This document shows positions 61,851-64,000 of a DNA stretch of 64,000 nucleotides, in pieces; the stretch's first letter is position 1; every line of letters begins with the position of its first letter. The DNA is from Basidiobolus meristosporus CBS 931.73 (lineage: Eukaryota > Fungi > Basidiobolomycota), in assembly GCA_002104905.1 (NCBI GenBank), contig MCFE01000322.1, forward strand, positions 31,379-95,378. Direction: 5' to 3'. The notes under the pieces are model-generated. The model was not told where the DNA came from, made no database searches, and was given only the letters and a program-made list of their open reading frames with translations. Made by a program: the position numbers and the translations under genes.

Positions 61851-62579
61851 CTAAGCTAAAGTTAAGGCAGTATCCCAAAGTACACTGGAGTTCAGGTTCA
61901 TGGGGGAGTGAAGTAGATAAGCTTGAGAGATATAATAGTCTTTGAGGAAGTGGGTAACAGCAGGTGAAGGGGAGTTTTTGATAAGTGAAGTGAATCTTGA
62001 GAGCAGAGATTCCTCTAATGAGAAGGTCTTGTAAACTGGAGAATCAGGAAACTCTTGAAAGGCATGGTCAGTAGGTTCCCAGTAAAACTGGTCAGAGACA
62101 TTTTGAGAGAACTCTTTAGCAATACTTTTGTCAAGTACTACCTCCAGAGTGTGATGGTTGATAAATCTCATGTTAACAATCTTGGATAAATTGTAACCTT
62201 GTTGCTTGAGATACATCCTATGCTCAGATATAGGAATAAACTCCACATTGGCAAAGTAGCAGACAGCCCAGTCAGTAGCAGGAGGTAAATCAGAAGTGGC
62301 AGGAAACTTTCTTTTAGTCTTGGGAGGAGCAGCAGGATGTCTTGAGGAAGCAGGAACAGGCTTTTTGACAGCTTCAGAGTAGGAAGAGTGAGCAAGAGCA
62401 GATGATTCTTGGGGAGTCTTGTTGACAGGAAGAGTTGGCACAGGGACAATAGATTCTTGCAGATCAGAGAAGGCAGAAAACAGCTTTTGAACTTGTTTCT
62501 TGAGTAAAGCATTTTCAGCTTCAACAAGTGCAAGCCTTTCCTCAAGGAAGGAAATCTGAAGGGAATGGAGTGAAGGCAT
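61851..62579 (-). CDS. ORF1 paralog, 242 aa, intact
   Basis: ATG at 62579. DWAVCYFANVEFIPISEHRMYLKQQGYNLSKIVNMRF..TLEVVLDK aligns with TWTVVYLKQVPWTPISNIRKALKACNIQLSRIVNLAW..ILEVILDQ of module E. Both also share FLK and LWD near the C-terminus. Confidence 0.85.
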   Translation of the reverse strand: MPSLHSLQISFLEERLALVEAENALLKKQVQKLFSAFSDLQESIVPVPTLPVNKTPQESSALAHSSYSEAVKKPVPASSRHPAAPPKTKRKFPATSDLPPATDWAVCYFANVEFIPISEHRMYLKQQGYNLSKIVNMRFINHHTLEVVLDKSIAKEFSQNVSDQFYWEPTDHAFQEFPDSPVYKTFSLEESLLSRFTSLIKNSPSPAVTHFLKDYYISQAYLLHSPMNLNSSVLWDTALTLA

Positions 62580-62619
62580 AAGAAATAAGAAGAAGAGGGT
62601 AGGATGGGGTGGGTGGGTG

Positions 62620-63525
62620 GGAAAATTAGCAGGGAGAAGAGAAGGAAGGAGCAAAAATTCCAGAAGTCAGAATTTATAGATGGATGGACAAGGGTAGATG
62701 GATGGATTATTCCTGGGTTAGGAAAATTAGCAGGGAGAAGAGAAGGAAGGAGCAAAAATTCCAGAAGTCAGAATTTATAGATGGATGGACAAGGGTAGAT
62801 GGATGGATTATTCCTGGGTTAGGAAAATTAGCAGGGAGAAGAGAAGGAAGGAGCAAAAATTCCAGAAGTCAGAATTTATAGATGGATGGACAAGGGTAGA
62901 TGGATGGATTATTCCTGGGTTAGGAAAATTAGCAGGGAGAAGAGAAGGAAGGAGCAAAAATTCCAGAAGTCAGAATTTATAGATGGATGGACAAGGGTAG
63001 ATGGATGGATTATTCCTGGGTTAGGAAAATTAGCAGGGAGAAGAGAAGGAAGGAGCAAAAATTCCAGAAGTCAGAATTTATAGATGGATGGACAAGGGTA
63101 GATGGATGGATTATTCCTGGGTTAGGAAAATTAGCAGGGAGAAGAGAAGGAAGGAGCAAAAATTCCAGAAGTCAGAATTTATAGATGGATGGACAAGGGT
63201 AGATGGATGGATTATTCCTGGGTTAGGAAAATTAGCAGGGAGAAGAGAAGGAAGGAGCAAAAATTCCAGAAGTCAGAATTTATAGATGGATGGACAAGGG
63301 TAGATGGATGGATTATTCCTGGGTTAGGAAAATTAGCAGGGAGAAGAGAAGGAAGGAGCAAAAATTCCAGAAGTCAGAATTTATAGATGGATGGATTATT
63401 CCTGGGTTAGGAAAATTAGCAGGGAGAAGAGGAGGAAGGAGCAAAAATTCCAGAAGTCAGAATTTATAGATGGATGGACAAGGGTAGATGGATGGATTAT
63501 TCCTGGGTTAGGAAAATTAGCAGGG
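62620..63525. repeat. 101-bp tandem repeat: 9 units (one with an 18-bp deletion) plus a 15-bp partial unit
   Basis: Unit starts at 62620, 62721, 62822, 62923, 63024, 63125, 63226, 63327, 63410 and 63511. GGGTTAGG occurs at each unit boundary. Confidence 0.97.
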
Positions 63526-63780
63526 TTAGGGGGGGAGACAGTCACCAACAGGTGAATCTTTATTTCAGTTGAAACAAAGAAGCCAGCGCTACTGTTGTAG
63601 CTTTGATACAAGAGTGTGTAGCTGAGGAGAATTTGTAGGTAAGCTAATAAGAAGTGATGATAGTTCTTCAGTGCTCAAGACACTGTTCAGTGGGAAGGGG
63701 GGTAGCAAGAGAGGTAAGAATGACTTGTGAACAACATTAATGAGGGGAATGTGATAAGGATTGATATTCATCATAAATGG
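63526..63780 (-). mobile_element. Terminal 255-bp 3' fragment of the LINE (module I)
   Basis: Copy of 57247-57501 with 3 substitutions and 2 single-base indels, directly abutting the telomere. Confidence 0.93.
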
Positions 63781-64000
63781 GTTAGGGTTAGGGTTAGGGT
63801 TAGGGTTAGGGTTAGGGTTAGGGTTAGGGTTAGGGTTAGGGTTAGGGTTAGGGTTAGGGTTAGGGTTAGGGTTAGGGTTAGGGTTAGGGTTAGGTTAGGG
63901 TTAGGGTTAGGGTTAGGGTTAGGGTTAGGGTTAGGGTTAGGGTTAGGGTTAGGGTTAGGGTTAGGGTTAGGGTTAGGGTTAGGGTTAGGGTTAGGGTTAG
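63781..64000 (+). repeat. Telomere (TTAGGG)n, about 36 units, with one TTAGG variant at 63890
   Basis: G-rich strand runs 5'->3' toward the window end, as expected for a right chromosome end. Confidence 0.98.

Larger units (their letters stand above)
61725..63525 (-). mobile_element. ORF1-only non-autonomous element with tandem-repeat leader (module H)
   Basis: A single ORF1 homolog, a short 3' UTR ending in the shared terminus, no EN/RT, and a 101-bp repeat array upstream. Confidence 0.8.

Noticed and set aside
62620-63525. CRISPR array, or six repeated 65-aa genes
   Set aside because: The units are contiguous with no unique spacers, the context is eukaryotic, and the ORFs are by-products of the 101-bp period.

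Overview
This is the right end of a chromosome from an intron-containing fungus; an early-diverging lineage is my inference from gene content. It ends in about 36 TTAGGG repeats (63781-64000). Positions 1-43 kb hold ordinary host genes: SNO1/PDX2, CMR1, a septin, an OSCA/TMEM63 channel, SEA4/MIOS, MOG1, an SPT small subunit, an LRR-TM-SH3 protein, GPD1, a CBM20 protein, a 7TM-RGS protein, POF1 and an alpha-arrestin. Positions 44.3-51.2 kb are a CpG-depleted block of decayed Ty1/copia sequence. The main discovery is at 56.36-63.78 kb: a head-to-tail array of nine retroelement modules, all on the minus strand with 5' ends facing the telomere. Most modules begin with TTAGG(G) and all share a 3'-terminal motif (sense strand: AATAAA, a TCACC-loop-GGTGA hairpin, a C-run, then CCCTAA; decayed in the two most proximal). 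The array appears to contain three partner families: (i) an APE-endonuclease/RT LINE whose ORF2 follows ORF1 in frame across a TGA-CTA stop; (ii) an ORF1-only element with a 101-bp tandem-repeat leader, analogous to HeT-A; (iii) a tRNA-headed SINE-like element. The last, 5'-truncated LINE copy is capped directly by telomeric repeats. All counts were made by eye and no database searches were run.
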